Below, piece by piece: positions 46,705-56,087 of a stretch of 63,760 nucleotides of DNA. Numbering within the stretch: the first letter of the stretch is position 1; each line of letters starts with the position of its first letter. Both the position numbers and the translations under genes were made by a program. Source of the DNA: a bacterium (GTDB lineage Bacteria > Actinomycetota > Acidimicrobiia > Spongiisociales > JAHEDJ01); assembly GCA_024641325.1 (NCBI GenBank), contig JAHEDJ010000008.1, positions 1 to 63,760 on the forward strand. Direction: 5' to 3'. A model generated the notes under the pieces. It did no database searches. It was not told the origin of the DNA and saw only the letters and a program-made list of their open reading frames with translations.

Positions 46705-47324
46705 TCTTTCCGCCCGGCTATCCGGGTATCGCGTTCACTACTGCCGGCGATGGTGATATGCGCGGCGATCAGGTCGACCGTGACAAGGCGGCCGCCTATC
46801 TCGGTATCCCGCAGCTATGGGCCGTAGTCGACCAGGTGCACGGCTCAACAGTGGTCCGGGCTACCGCAGCGGTGAATTACGGACCTGCCGATGCTTTGTT
46901 CACGACAGAGGCCGATCTTCCCCTTGCCATATTCACTGCCGACTGCCTCGGGGTGGCGCTGATCGCGGACGGTGCAGTCGGAGTAGCCCATGCTGGATGG
47001 CGCGGGGTGGTGGCGGGTGTCGTTCCGAATTTGGTCGAGGCTATGACCGATGCAGGCTTCCCTCCGCTCCGCGCCGGAATCGGTCCGGGTATCAACTCAT
47101 GCTGCTACGAAGTCCGGGCGGATGTAGCAGAGCAGCTGCCGGGGTTCGTTTCCGAGACGACCTGGGGAACCGTGAGTGTCGACCTGCCGAGAGCAGTTCG
47201 GGGACAACTCGGGGCCCTGGAGATATGGGAAGCTGGTGAGTGCACGAAATGCTCGGCCCCATTTCACTCACATCGGGTCAACGCAACACCGGCGAGAATG
47301 GCGACCATCGCATGGATCACGTGA
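46701..47324 (+). CDS. pgeF: PgeF/YlmD (YfiH-like) protein
   Basis: QVHG, ADAL, TADC, AHAGWRG, IGPGI..CCYEV and SHR motifs. Confidence 0.92.
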   Translation: MIFPPGYPGIAFTTAGDGDMRGDQVDRDKAAAYLGIPQLWAVVDQVHGSTVVRATAAVNYGPADALFTTEADLPLAIFTADCLGVALIADGAVGVAHAGWRGVVAGVVPNLVEAMTDAGFPPLRAGIGPGINSCCYEVRADVAEQLPGFVSETTWGTVSVDLPRAVRGQLGALEIWEAGECTKCSAPFHSHRVNATPARMATIAWIT

Positions 47325-47977
47325 ACCTCGAAGAGACAATGGAGCGGGTGGCCCTGGCGGCGGTCCGGTCGGGCAGACGACCTGAAGACGTCGTTGTCGT
47401 CGCGGTTGGCAAGACATTCTCGCCCGAGGTCCTCATGACGGTCTACGACGCCGGCCATCGCGACTTCGGAGAGAACCGTGCCCAGGAGCTAACAACCAAG
47501 GCGGACCTGCTGCCGGCGGACGTTCGATGGCATTTTGTGGGACCGTTGCAGCGCAACAAGGTTCGGCTCGTTCGCCCTGCCGTTGCTCTGCTCCATTCTA
47601 TGGACCGCGTTGCGCTCGGCGAGGCCTGGTTGAAGGGACCGGGTACGCCCCCTCCCGTGCTCCTCGAGGTGAACATCGGGGAAGAGCCGCAGAAGGCGGG
47701 AGTTTCCCCCGACCGTTCGGGCGAAGTCATCGGGCAGCTGGTCGATCTGGGAGTGGACGTCCGCGGGCTCATGGCCATTCCTCCTCGAGTGGAAACACCC
47801 GGCGACGCCCGCCCCTACTTCCGCAGGATGGTCCAGCTGCGGGAGGCGCTGCAATCCGAATTCCCGCGAATCGAGGAGTTATCGATGGGAATGAGCGGCG
47901 ACTTCGAGGTCGCAATTGAGGAGGGGGCGACGCTCGTACGCGTCGGACAAGCTATCTTTGGGCCGAGAAATCGCTAG
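47321..47977 (+). CDS. yggS: PLP homeostasis protein YggS/YlmE
   Basis: VAVGK, FGENRAQEL, WHFVGPLQRNK, LSMGMSGD and VRVG.AIFG; GTGA coupling with pgeF. Confidence 0.94.
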   Translation: MNLEETMERVALAAVRSGRRPEDVVVVAVGKTFSPEVLMTVYDAGHRDFGENRAQELTTKADLLPADVRWHFVGPLQRNKVRLVRPAVALLHSMDRVALGEAWLKGPGTPPPVLLEVNIGEEPQKAGVSPDRSGEVIGQLVDLGVDVRGLMAIPPRVETPGDARPYFRRMVQLREALQSEFPRIEELSMGMSGDFEVAIEEGATLVRVGQAIFGPRNR

Positions 47978-47991
47978 ACATCGAGGAGCAC

Positions 47992-48522
47992 ATGGCTTCG
48001 TTGTGGCAGAAAGCCCTGATGTATCTCGGACTCGTCGACGAGGATCGAGTTGATCAGGAGCCTGAACAATCGGCGCCGGCGCGTACGAGGAGTTCGGTCA
48101 AGACCGTGGAGACTCAGGGGACGCGCGAGCGCGTCGCAGGGCGGCGAGTTGAGCCACCCCCGGTCTCGCGCCGCCCCCAACCGCAATCTTCCAGCAGATC
48201 AACGGGCGCAGTACGTGCCGTTCCTACGATGGAGGCGCAGTCCGACATCATCGAGCCGGCCCATTTTGACGACGCCAAAGTGATCGCCGATCGGCTCCGT
48301 GACCGTGTGCCGGTGGTCTTGAACATGAGAGACACCGATCCGGAAATGGTGCGACGTCTCGTAGATTTCTGTACCGGTCTGACCTACGCGCTCGATGGAT
48401 CGATGAGGAAGATAGACGAAGGTGTGATCCTCGTTCTCCCGCCGCGTGTGTCGCTGGGACGTGAGGAGAAGCGGAGGCTGGCAGAACTCTCTCTATATGC
48501 GCTCGGCGACGAGCAGACCTAA
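47992..48522 (+). CDS. sepF: Cell division protein SepF
   Basis: N-terminal amphipathic LWQKALMYLGL and P..FDDA..IAD......PVVLN.......RRLVDF..GL.YALDG. Confidence 0.94.
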   Translation: MASLWQKALMYLGLVDEDRVDQEPEQSAPARTRSSVKTVETQGTRERVAGRRVEPPPVSRRPQPQSSSRSTGAVRAVPTMEAQSDIIEPAHFDDAKVIADRLRDRVPVVLNMRDTDPEMVRRLVDFCTGLTYALDGSMRKIDEGVILVLPPRVSLGREEKRRLAELSLYALGDEQT

Positions 48523-48528
48523 CCGTCC

Positions 48529-48780
48529 ATGACGATTCTCTGTACCCTCATCGATCTGTACGTCCTGATCCTCTTCGGCAGGATCATTCTCAGCTTTTTC
48601 GAGGTTCCGTCGGATCATCCGGTGGGCCGGATTCGCTCGATTCTCGCCTCACTAACCGATCCGATACTCATCCCACTCCGAAGGGTCATTCCTCCGATTC
48701 GGATGGGTCCTGCCGCACTTGATCTCTCTCCGCTCGTTGTTCTGCTTGGACTCAGCCTGCTCCGATCGGTCGTCTGCTGA
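48529..48780 (+). CDS. yggT: YggT/YlmG (SepG) membrane protein
   Basis: RIILSF, LTDPILIPLRRVIP and LDLSP motifs. Confidence 0.9.
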   Translation: MTILCTLIDLYVLILFGRIILSFFEVPSDHPVGRIRSILASLTDPILIPLRRVIPPIRMGPAALDLSPLVVLLGLSLLRSVVC

Positions 48781-48843
48781 GAGCGCTCATCGGCAATAGT
48801 TCTGACTAAGCTCAGCCAACGACCGTCACGAGGATCCGGAGCT

Positions 48844-49752
48844 ATGCCACTGAGCCCAATCGACGTACAACAGCAAACGTTCAAGGTTGCCCTGCGGGGC
48901 TACGCCGAGGACGAGGTCGACGAGTTCCTCGACGAGGTAGTCATCTCATTGCGCGACTTCGAGCAGCGTCTGCGCGATGCACAGGAGCGTGTAGCGGTTC
49001 TCGAGGAACAACTGTCTGCCAACCGCGAAACCGAAGACGCGATGCGTCGGACGTTCCTGGTCGCGCAACGAACCGCAGATGCGATTCTGGAAGAGGCAAA
49101 GGCCGAGTCGGAACGACTCCTCTCCGAAACGCGCGGGGAAGTCGACCGGGTAGCGGGCGAGCAGACCGAGGAAAAGGCGAAGCTGCTCGCCGAGACGGCA
49201 ATGTTGCGCGACCGCGTGCATGGATTGCGGGCATCTCTCTCAGATCTAGCTGCGGGCACCATGAGACGGTTGGACGTGCTCGATGTGGACGCGGTTGCCG
49301 ATCGGATCGCCGCAGTCGCCGATCGCGAAGTGGTTGAGTCGCCGCCGGCCGTCGACAGCACGTTCCCTGAATCGGTGGACCGGTACTCCGCGTCAGAAGA
49401 CCGGTTCTCCGAGTCCGAAGAGTCGATCGACACGGCCCGCCATGCCGGCGATCAGATCGATCTGGATGTTTTGGCGGATCAGGGACTCGCCGCCGTCGAC
49501 GACGCGGTTCTCGGCGAAGTAGATGAAGAAGCAGAAGTAGGTTCCGAAAATGCTTTCGATGGTCAGGCTGCCGGCGACGATGACGGTGAGCCGGGGGAGA
49601 GCTTCATGGGCTTCGAGGACGAGGACTCTGAGGATGAGCCGGACGACGACGCCGAGATCGCCAGGGTCCCCGAGTGGATGACCCGCGATGGCTCTGAGAC
49701 CACCGAATCGCGGCCGCCGTACCGGCGCCCATGGGAGCGAGACGAAGGCTGA
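48844..49752 (+). CDS. divIVA: DivIVA/Wag31 with long acidic tail
   Basis: LSPIDVQQQTFKVALRGYAEDEVDEFLD, coiled coil and AQRTAD. Confidence 0.92.
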   Translation: MPLSPIDVQQQTFKVALRGYAEDEVDEFLDEVVISLRDFEQRLRDAQERVAVLEEQLSANRETEDAMRRTFLVAQRTADAILEEAKAESERLLSETRGEVDRVAGEQTEEKAKLLAETAMLRDRVHGLRASLSDLAAGTMRRLDVLDVDAVADRIAAVADREVVESPPAVDSTFPESVDRYSASEDRFSESEESIDTARHAGDQIDLDVLADQGLAAVDDAVLGEVDEEAEVGSENAFDGQAAGDDDGEPGESFMGFEDEDSEDEPDDDAEIARVPEWMTRDGSETTESRPPYRRPWERDEG

Positions 49753-49773
49753 CTCAGATAGAAGGCATTCGGA

Positions 49774-52700
49774 TCAGTCGACCGACCTCTCTAACTGGAG
49801 ACCGAATGAAACCCCCGCCAGGTCAACCGTCTCGGCCAGATTGGTGCGCCGGATGCTCGTCGCCAGAACTTCGTCCCTGATCAAGGCGGCATGAACTTCG
49901 AACGCTGCCGCTATCCGGGGGTCGTTGCTCGACCAGTCAACTTTCACTCGATCCGTTACGTCCAGGTCGAGATCCCGGCGTGCCGTCTGTATGCGGTTCA
50001 CGATCTCACGGGCAAACCCTTCGACCACCAGGTCTTCACTTAGCTCGACGTCGATCGCCACCGAGACGGCACCTTCAGTGGCAACTACGACCCCCGTTTT
50101 GGGAGTCCGTTGCAGCACAACATCGTCGAGGCTGAGTTCGTGACCGGCGACACTGATCGTCGATCCGTCCTGGAGACGGTGTAGGTCGCTCGAGGTGGTG
50201 TCCTGCAGCGCCAGATCGATCGCCTGTACGTCCTTCCCGAACCGCGGGCCCAGAATCTTGAAGTTGGCTCGGGCGGACAATTCGACCAGATCACCCTCAT
50301 CCTCACTGCTGGCAACGACCTTGACGTTCAACTCGTCGGCGATGAGGTCGATGTGGGAGCCAACGGCGTTTGCAACAGTTCGGCTTCTGGTCAGAACGGT
50401 GGCGCTCGCCAGTGGTTGGCGAACCCGCAAACTGTGTTGCTTGCGTATGTTGTGTCCGAGCCGCACCACTGTACGAATTGCCGACATTGCCGCTTCGAGT
50501 TCTTCGTCGATGAGCGATCGGTCGGCCGACGGATAATCGGCCAGGTGAACGGATTCCGGTGCTCCATCATCCTGCGCCACCACCAACTCCTGGTGTAGAT
50601 GCTCTGTGACGAAGGGGAGCACAGGCGCCAGCACTTTCGAGAACATCACCAGGGACTCGTACAACGTGGCGAAGGCCGACAACTTGTCGGCGTCATCGGC
50701 GCTGCGCGTCCGCCAGAACCTTCTGCGTGAGCGGCGAATGTACCAGTTGGTGAGGTCGTCGATGAACGACAACGTTGGCCCGACGACGTTATAGAGGTAA
50801 TAGCCCTCCATCTCGTCGTTCACACGCAGGATGAGGCTCTGAAGCACGCTGAGCAGCCAGCGATCGAGCTCCGGCCTGTCTGCAACGGCAGGTGCCGACC
50901 GGAGGTCGGCCATCGTGATGCCGTCGGCCTCCGCGTAGGTTGTGAAGAACGAGAAGGAGTTCCACAAGGGCAGCAGCACCGTTCGCACGACCTCGCGTAC
51001 GCCGCTCTCGGAAAACCGAAGCGACTCGGCACGCATCAGCGGCGAATCGATCAGATAGGCGCGCAGAGCATCGGCACCATAGGTGTCGAGGATGTTGGTC
51101 GGGTCCGGATAGTTCTTGAGGCTCTTCGACATCTTGCGACCGTCCTCGGCGAGGATCATCCCCGAGACGATGCAGTTCTGAAAGGGCTCTTTGTCGAACA
51201 GAGCAGCCGCCAGGACGACCAGCGTGTAGAACCATCCGCGAGTCTGATCGAGGCTCTCGTTGATGAAGTTGGCCGGGAAGTTGGACTCAAACCAGGCGCG
51301 GTTCTCGAACGGGTAGTGAGGTTGTGCGTAAGGCATGGAACCGGACTCGAACCAGCAGTCGAGAACCTCGGGAACCCGCACCGCCGTGGCCCCGCACTCC
51401 GGGCATGGGAAAGTGACCGGGTCGACGAAGTGTTTGTGCAGGTCGTCGACCCGCACGCCCGACAGGCCCTCGAGTTCGTCGATCGATCCAACGCAGGTTG
51501 TGTGACCGTTCGAACATTCCCACACGGGTATGCAAGATCCCCAATAGCGATTCCGGCTTATTGCCCAATCGCGCGCACCCTCGAGCCAGTTACCGAATCG
51601 TCTCTCTCCGACGTGAGAAGGCACCCAGTGGATGTTCTCGTTCAACTCGACCATACGGTCCTTGAAACTCTCGACTGCGACGAACCAGGTGGGGATCGCT
51701 TTGTAGATCAGAGGGGTCTCGGTGCGCCAGCAGAAGGGGTACGAGTGCCGTATCTGGTCGCGTTTGACGAGAAGGCCCTTCAGCTTGAGAAGATCGATCA
51801 GTTTGGCGTCGGCGTCCTTCACGTACATCCCTGCTACGTCCGGCACCTCGTCGGTGAACCGTGCCTCGGCATCGATCGGATCAACGAGGGTGTCCAGGCC
51901 CGCGGCCTGCAACGTGTAGAAGTCGACTTCTCCATAGGCCGGAGCCATGTGGACGAGGCCGGTACCCTCTTCGGTGCTCGTCTCTGCTGATTCGAGGACC
52001 CGGAACGCTCCGCGGTCGCGTTCTTCGCCGAAGTAGTCGAACGGCGGTTCGTAGGTAGTGCCGACGAGGTCCGAACCTTTGGCTCTGGCGATGATCTCGC
52101 CGCCCTCCGGCCAAAGGGTGTGGACGAGCGCTTCTGCGATCCAGTACTGATCGAGGCCGTCGCGGACGCACACGTAGTCGATGTCTTGTCCTACCGCCAC
52201 AGCCAGATTGCCCGGCAGCGTCCACGGTGTGGTCGTCCAAATCAGCAACCAATCTCCCGGCCGGGCTCCGCCGGTTCCCGAGACGATTCGAAGGCGAACG
52301 GTGATCGCCGGGTCGTCGACGTCGCGGTAGTCCATGTTTGCTTCGAAGTTCGACAGGGGAGTAGTGGCACCCCATGAGTACGGCAGGACCTTGAAGTCCC
52401 GATAGATGAGACCTTTATCCCAGAGCTGCTTGAAGACCCACCAGACAGATTCCATGAAATCCGGATCCATGGTCTTGTAGTCGTTCTCGAAATCGATCCA
52501 GCGGCCGATTCGTTTGGTGATGTCTTCCCACTCTTCAGTGGTTTGGTTGACCATTGCCCGGCAGGCCTCGTTGTATCGATCGACGCCGTATTCCTGGATT
52601 TCGCGCGGGCCGGAGATTCCAAGCTGCTTTTCGACTTCCATCTCTACGGGCAGGCCGTGCGTGTCCCAGCCGAATCTGCGCTCAATGCGGTGACCGCGCA

Positions 52701-52926
52701 TGGTCCAGTAGCGCGGAACGATGTCTTTGATGACTCCGACGAGTATGTGCCCGTAATGCGGGCTGCCGGTGGCGAACGGCGGCCCGTCGTAGAACGTGAA
52801 GCTCTTGTCCTCGGGCCTCTGCTCGATCGACTTCTCGAACGCATCGATCCGATCCCAGAGCTCCAGGATTCGCGCATCGAGCGCGGGAAGATCTACGTTC
52901 GATGCGACTCGACGAAACCCTTCCAT
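49774..52926 (-). CDS. ileS: Isoleucine--tRNA ligase (type 2)
   Basis: DGPPFATGSPHYGH, GWDTHGLP, WTTTPWTL, DWAISRNRYWG and KMSKS. GAGGAG lies upstream of ATG 52926. Confidence 0.96.
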   Translation of the reverse strand: MEGFRRVASNVDLPALDARILELWDRIDAFEKSIEQRPEDKSFTFYDGPPFATGSPHYGHILVGVIKDIVPRYWTMRGHRIERRFGWDTHGLPVEMEVEKQLGISGPREIQEYGVDRYNEACRAMVNQTTEEWEDITKRIGRWIDFENDYKTMDPDFMESVWWVFKQLWDKGLIYRDFKVLPYSWGATTPLSNFEANMDYRDVDDPAITVRLRIVSGTGGARPGDWLLIWTTTPWTLPGNLAVAVGQDIDYVCVRDGLDQYWIAEALVHTLWPEGGEIIARAKGSDLVGTTYEPPFDYFGEERDRGAFRVLESAETSTEEGTGLVHMAPAYGEVDFYTLQAAGLDTLVDPIDAEARFTDEVPDVAGMYVKDADAKLIDLLKLKGLLVKRDQIRHSYPFCWRTETPLIYKAIPTWFVAVESFKDRMVELNENIHWVPSHVGERRFGNWLEGARDWAISRNRYWGSCIPVWECSNGHTTCVGSIDELEGLSGVRVDDLHKHFVDPVTFPCPECGATAVRVPEVLDCWFESGSMPYAQPHYPFENRAWFESNFPANFINESLDQTRGWFYTLVVLAAALFDKEPFQNCIVSGMILAEDGRKMSKSLKNYPDPTNILDTYGADALRAYLIDSPLMRAESLRFSESGVREVVRTVLLPLWNSFSFFTTYAEADGITMADLRSAPAVADRPELDRWLLSVLQSLILRVNDEMEGYYLYNVVGPTLSFIDDLTNWYIRRSRRRFWRTRSADDADKLSAFATLYESLVMFSKVLAPVLPFVTEHLHQELVVAQDDGAPESVHLADYPSADRSLIDEELEAAMSAIRTVVRLGHNIRKQHSLRVRQPLASATVLTRSRTVANAVGSHIDLIADELNVKVVASSEDEGDLVELSARANFKILGPRFGKDVQAIDLALQDTTSSDLHRLQDGSTISVAGHELSLDDVVLQRTPKTGVVVATEGAVSVAIDVELSEDLVVEGFAREIVNRIQTARRDLDLDVTDRVKVDWSSNDPRIAAAFEVHAALIRDEVLATSIRRTNLAETVDLAGVSFGLQLERSVD

Positions 52927-53121
52927 CAGGCCTCTGCTCCTCGTGTTTCGGGCCAGCCATCGTAGTGGGAACAAACATACGTCTCGCCGTCATTGCGGTC
53001 GGAGATCGTCGTACTTCATTGTGCCCGGGCCAGGGCGGATCGGCCGGGCAGCCCACTCGAGTGAACCGACTTCGTAACTATGCAATTCGCAATTCGCACT
53101 CCCCGTGCCGAGAATTGATGA

Positions 53122-53439
53122 ATGATCAGCCGGGCAGACATGGAAGCAACTCTGCGAGCCGACGGCCCCGACACCATCATCGACATCTGGGTTATTCCCG
53201 GAGCACGGCGGTCCGAGGTGGTCGGCATCCACGATGGTGCGCTGCGTGTCCGGGTCGCAGCACCGGCCGAAGGTGGCAAGGCAAACAAGGCGGTGCTCGC
53301 CCTGCTCGGGGAGGTCCTCGACGCCCATCCACGCCTCGGACGCGGGTCAACCTCGCGACGCAAACAGATCTGTATAGAGGGACGATCTCCAGAAGCTGTG
53401 GTGGCCCTGCTAGTTGAGCATCTGGCCGCTCGCGGATAG
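53122..53439 (+). CDS. DUF167 (YggU-like) protein
   Basis: V.PGARRSEVVG..DGALRVRVAAPA.GGKAN and G.TSRRK. Confidence 0.85.
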   Translation: MISRADMEATLRADGPDTIIDIWVIPGARRSEVVGIHDGALRVRVAAPAEGGKANKAVLALLGEVLDAHPRLGRGSTSRRKQICIEGRSPEAVVALLVEHLAARG

Positions 53440-53497
53440 CTGCACGAACGGAGCGGCCGCCTGTTCGTGCTATGTTCCTCCCGCCAGGAGGAGGAAT

Positions 53498-53872
53498 ATG
53501 GCTCGTCAACTCGCCTCAGGAACGCTCGGTCGCCTTCGGAAGAAGCTCGAAGAAGAGCGCGATCGTCTGGCGGACCTGCTCGACGAGCACGAGCAGGAAC
53601 GTGAGGAGGCGCGGCTTGCCGAGACCGCCTCCGAGCGGAGCCCGGATCCCATGACCGCGGAAGGCGGTTCGATGGCTTTCGAGTACGAGAAGGAACTCTC
53701 GATCGACCAGAACACCGCAGATCTCCTCGTCAAGGTAGAGCACGCTCTCGCTCGAATCGAGCGTGGTGAATACGGAATCTGCGAGGCATGTGCAAAGCCG
53801 ATTCCTGTTGCTCGCCTGGAGGCGCTTCCCTACGTCACCCTCTGCGTTGACTGTGCCAGAGACAGACGCTGA
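53498..53872 (+). CDS. TraR/DksA C4-type zinc finger protein
   Basis: AGGAGG RBS, coiled coil and GEYGICEAC..PI...RLEALP....CVDC. Confidence 0.9.
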   Translation: MARQLASGTLGRLRKKLEEERDRLADLLDEHEQEREEARLAETASERSPDPMTAEGGSMAFEYEKELSIDQNTADLLVKVEHALARIERGEYGICEACAKPIPVARLEALPYVTLCVDCARDRR

Positions 53873-54341
53873 ATCCAGTCCCCAGTCCCGGCGAGCATTT
53901 GTCCTCGGTGGAGCGACCGCGGCGATCGTCATCGTGGTCGATCGCATCACCAAAGTCTGGGCGCTCAACGCCCTAGCCGACGGCGACATTGTCCCGATCG
54001 AGGGCATCCTCAGCTTTGATCTGGCGTTCAACACCGGCGCCGCCTACGGATTGCTGAAAGGCGGCGGAAGCTTCATAGCTGTGGGAGCAATCGTGGCGAC
54101 GGGATTGATCATCTACGCCCTGCGGTCCGTTGAGGGCCGTTTCGAGGCGATCACACTCGGTGCGATCATGGGCGGCGCGCTCGGTAACCTGATCGACCGC
54201 ATCGCACGCGGACCGGGCTTGTTCGATGGCGCGGTAGTCGACTGGATTGAGACGCCCTTATGGCCGAATTTCAATATCGCAGACAGCGCCATAGTGGTGG
54301 GAGCGGTTCTGCTCGTTCTGGCGGCGTTCCGGCGCGGCTGA
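53853..54341 (+). CDS. lspA: Lipoprotein signal peptidase II (start uncertain)
   Basis: D..TK, NTGAA, GGALGNLIDR, VVDW and FNIAD motifs. Confidence 0.93.
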   Translation: MPETDAESSPQSRRAFVLGGATAAIVIVVDRITKVWALNALADGDIVPIEGILSFDLAFNTGAAYGLLKGGGSFIAVGAIVATGLIIYALRSVEGRFEAITLGAIMGGALGNLIDRIARGPGLFDGAVVDWIETPLWPNFNIADSAIVVGAVLLVLAAFRRG

Positions 54342-55261
54342 CTCAAGCGGTACCTGCCGACCTGGCGGGAGAACGCGCCGACAAGATCATTGCCGTGCTG
54401 GCCGGCATCAGCCGGGCGGCGGCTTCTGAACTAATTGAAGGCGGTCGAGTAGAGGCGGAAGGGAAGCCCGTCTCTCGCCGGGAGCGTCTAGCCGCCGGGG
54501 TCATCTTGAGTTTTCCCGAACCGTCTTCGCCTGTCGGACTCCAGCCGGATGAATCCGTGCCGTTCACGGTCTCATATGAGGACGAGTGGATTGCCATTGT
54601 CGACAAGCCGGCCGGAGTGGTCGTACACCCGGGCGCCGGAAGAGACACCGGTACGCTGGCGGCAGGAGTTCTTGCTCGCTGGCCCGAGGTTCGAGGAGTC
54701 GGTGAAACAGATCGCTGGGGAGTCGTCCACCGCCTCGATCGAGAGACATCGGGTCTGCTGCTGATCGCCAAGGAAGTCCCGGTGCTCGACGACCTGCAGG
54801 CGGCGATCGCCTCCAGGGAGGTGTCACGCCGGTATTACGCGCTCGTGCACGGGCGGCTCAGCATGACGACCGGGACGATCGATGCTCCGATCGGTCGAGA
54901 TCCTTCCCGCGCAACGCGAATGGCGGTGGTGGTAGAAGGAAGACCTGCACGCACCCACTACACCCTCAAATCGGCTTGGGGCGACCGTGTGTCGCTCCTT
55001 GACATCTCGCTCGAGACCGGACGCACACATCAGATACGGGTTCATCTTGCCTCGATAGGCCATCCGGTTTTCGACGACCGTGCCTACGGCAAAGGTGGGG
55101 CGAAGTCTGGAGCCGGCAGGTTGTGGTTGCACGCCCATCATCTCGAGTTGGATCATCCCGTTACCGGGGCCCGTGTGATCGTGGACTCGCCCCTTCCGCC
55201 GGAGTTATCCCGGTCACTTGAGGCGCTCGGTGAGCCGGACTTCGGGCCTGATGATGGTTGA
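54260..55261 (+). CDS. RluA/RluD-family pseudouridine synthase (true start probably downstream)
   Basis: S4-like N-terminus, DKPAGVVVHP, VHRLDRETSG and TGRTHQIRVH. Confidence 0.92.
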   Translation: MAEFQYRRQRHSGGSGSARSGGVPARLTQAVPADLAGERADKIIAVLAGISRAAASELIEGGRVEAEGKPVSRRERLAAGVILSFPEPSSPVGLQPDESVPFTVSYEDEWIAIVDKPAGVVVHPGAGRDTGTLAAGVLARWPEVRGVGETDRWGVVHRLDRETSGLLLIAKEVPVLDDLQAAIASREVSRRYYALVHGRLSMTTGTIDAPIGRDPSRATRMAVVVEGRPARTHYTLKSAWGDRVSLLDISLETGRTHQIRVHLASIGHPVFDDRAYGKGGAKSGAGRLWLHAHHLELDHPVTGARVIVDSPLPPELSRSLEALGEPDFGPDDG

Positions 55262-56087
55262 CCGGGGCGAGCTTCAGGCTCTCCGGCACTCGACACTCAC
55301 CTCGGCCTTCTCGCCGGAGGGTGTCCCGGAAAAGGTGGCGGCTGCCGGAGTGCTGGCTGCCTGTCCGCTCGAATCTCAGAGTCGCGAAGACTTCTTGCGA
55401 TGGGGAGCTGCGCCTTCGACCACGACCGCTGCCGCGGTCTTCGGTGCACTCGCCCGAAGCGCATACGCCGGCGCCATGGAACCCGACTTGGTAGGGCCGG
55501 TGGCAGCCGAATACGGCAACCGGGGTGTGGCAGGCGCCGTCGGCATCGGCGCAGCAGCCAGGATGTTCGACGGACTGCGGAGTTCTGCTCCGCAACGTTC
55601 GTGCAGGCCAATGGAGAAGCCGAAGCAGAACGACGAGACGCGACCGACACTCATCCGCATTCGCAAGGCTTTCGACACGGTGCCGCCGCCATGGGGTGTG
55701 ATGTCCTGGCAGCCGCGGACCCTCAGTCGCTGGTGGGACCTCCACGAGTCGGTCCTGGCACCGGGACTGCTCACCGGCGACGAGAAGCGGTTGGTCATGA
55801 TCGCGGTGGGTGATGTGCTGGGACTAGCCGGGCTCGCCAAAGCGTACGCCTCTCTTCTGGCGGGTTGGGCCGAATCCGAGATCGAGCAGGTGCTATCGGC
55901 CGAGAGCAGGCGAATCCGGCGAGGTGTCAGATCGGCGTTGGTTTCGGTCGGTGCTTATGCCACGGGTGCGCTCGAGTCCGAGCGTTTCGAGTTGGCTGCG
56001 GCTGCGATGCCACGGGAACGAGCTGCCGAGTTCCGCGATCTCGTGGACGTTGCCGTGGGTTTGGCGGCTTTCGGTCCGTTCAGTTGA
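55251..56087 (+). CDS. Hypothetical protein, degenerate AhpD/CMD-like
   Basis: IR..F..VP..W..M...P..L..WW......L.PG.L...EK.LV.IAV pattern with no CxxC. It fills the gap between rluA and pfk. Confidence 0.55.
   Translation: MMVDRGELQALRHSTLTSAFSPEGVPEKVAAAGVLAACPLESQSREDFLRWGAAPSTTTAAAVFGALARSAYAGAMEPDLVGPVAAEYGNRGVAGAVGIGAAARMFDGLRSSAPQRSCRPMEKPKQNDETRPTLIRIRKAFDTVPPPWGVMSWQPRTLSRWWDLHESVLAPGLLTGDEKRLVMIAVGDVLGLAGLAKAYASLLAGWAESEIEQVLSAESRRIRRGVRSALVSVGAYATGALESERFELAAAAMPRERAAEFRDLVDVAVGLAAFGPFS

Noticed and set aside
49753-55261. Inverted ileS between divIVA and dksA-like/lspA/rluA as a rearrangement
   Set aside because: It matches the arrangement I recall from other actinobacteria such as Streptomyces.
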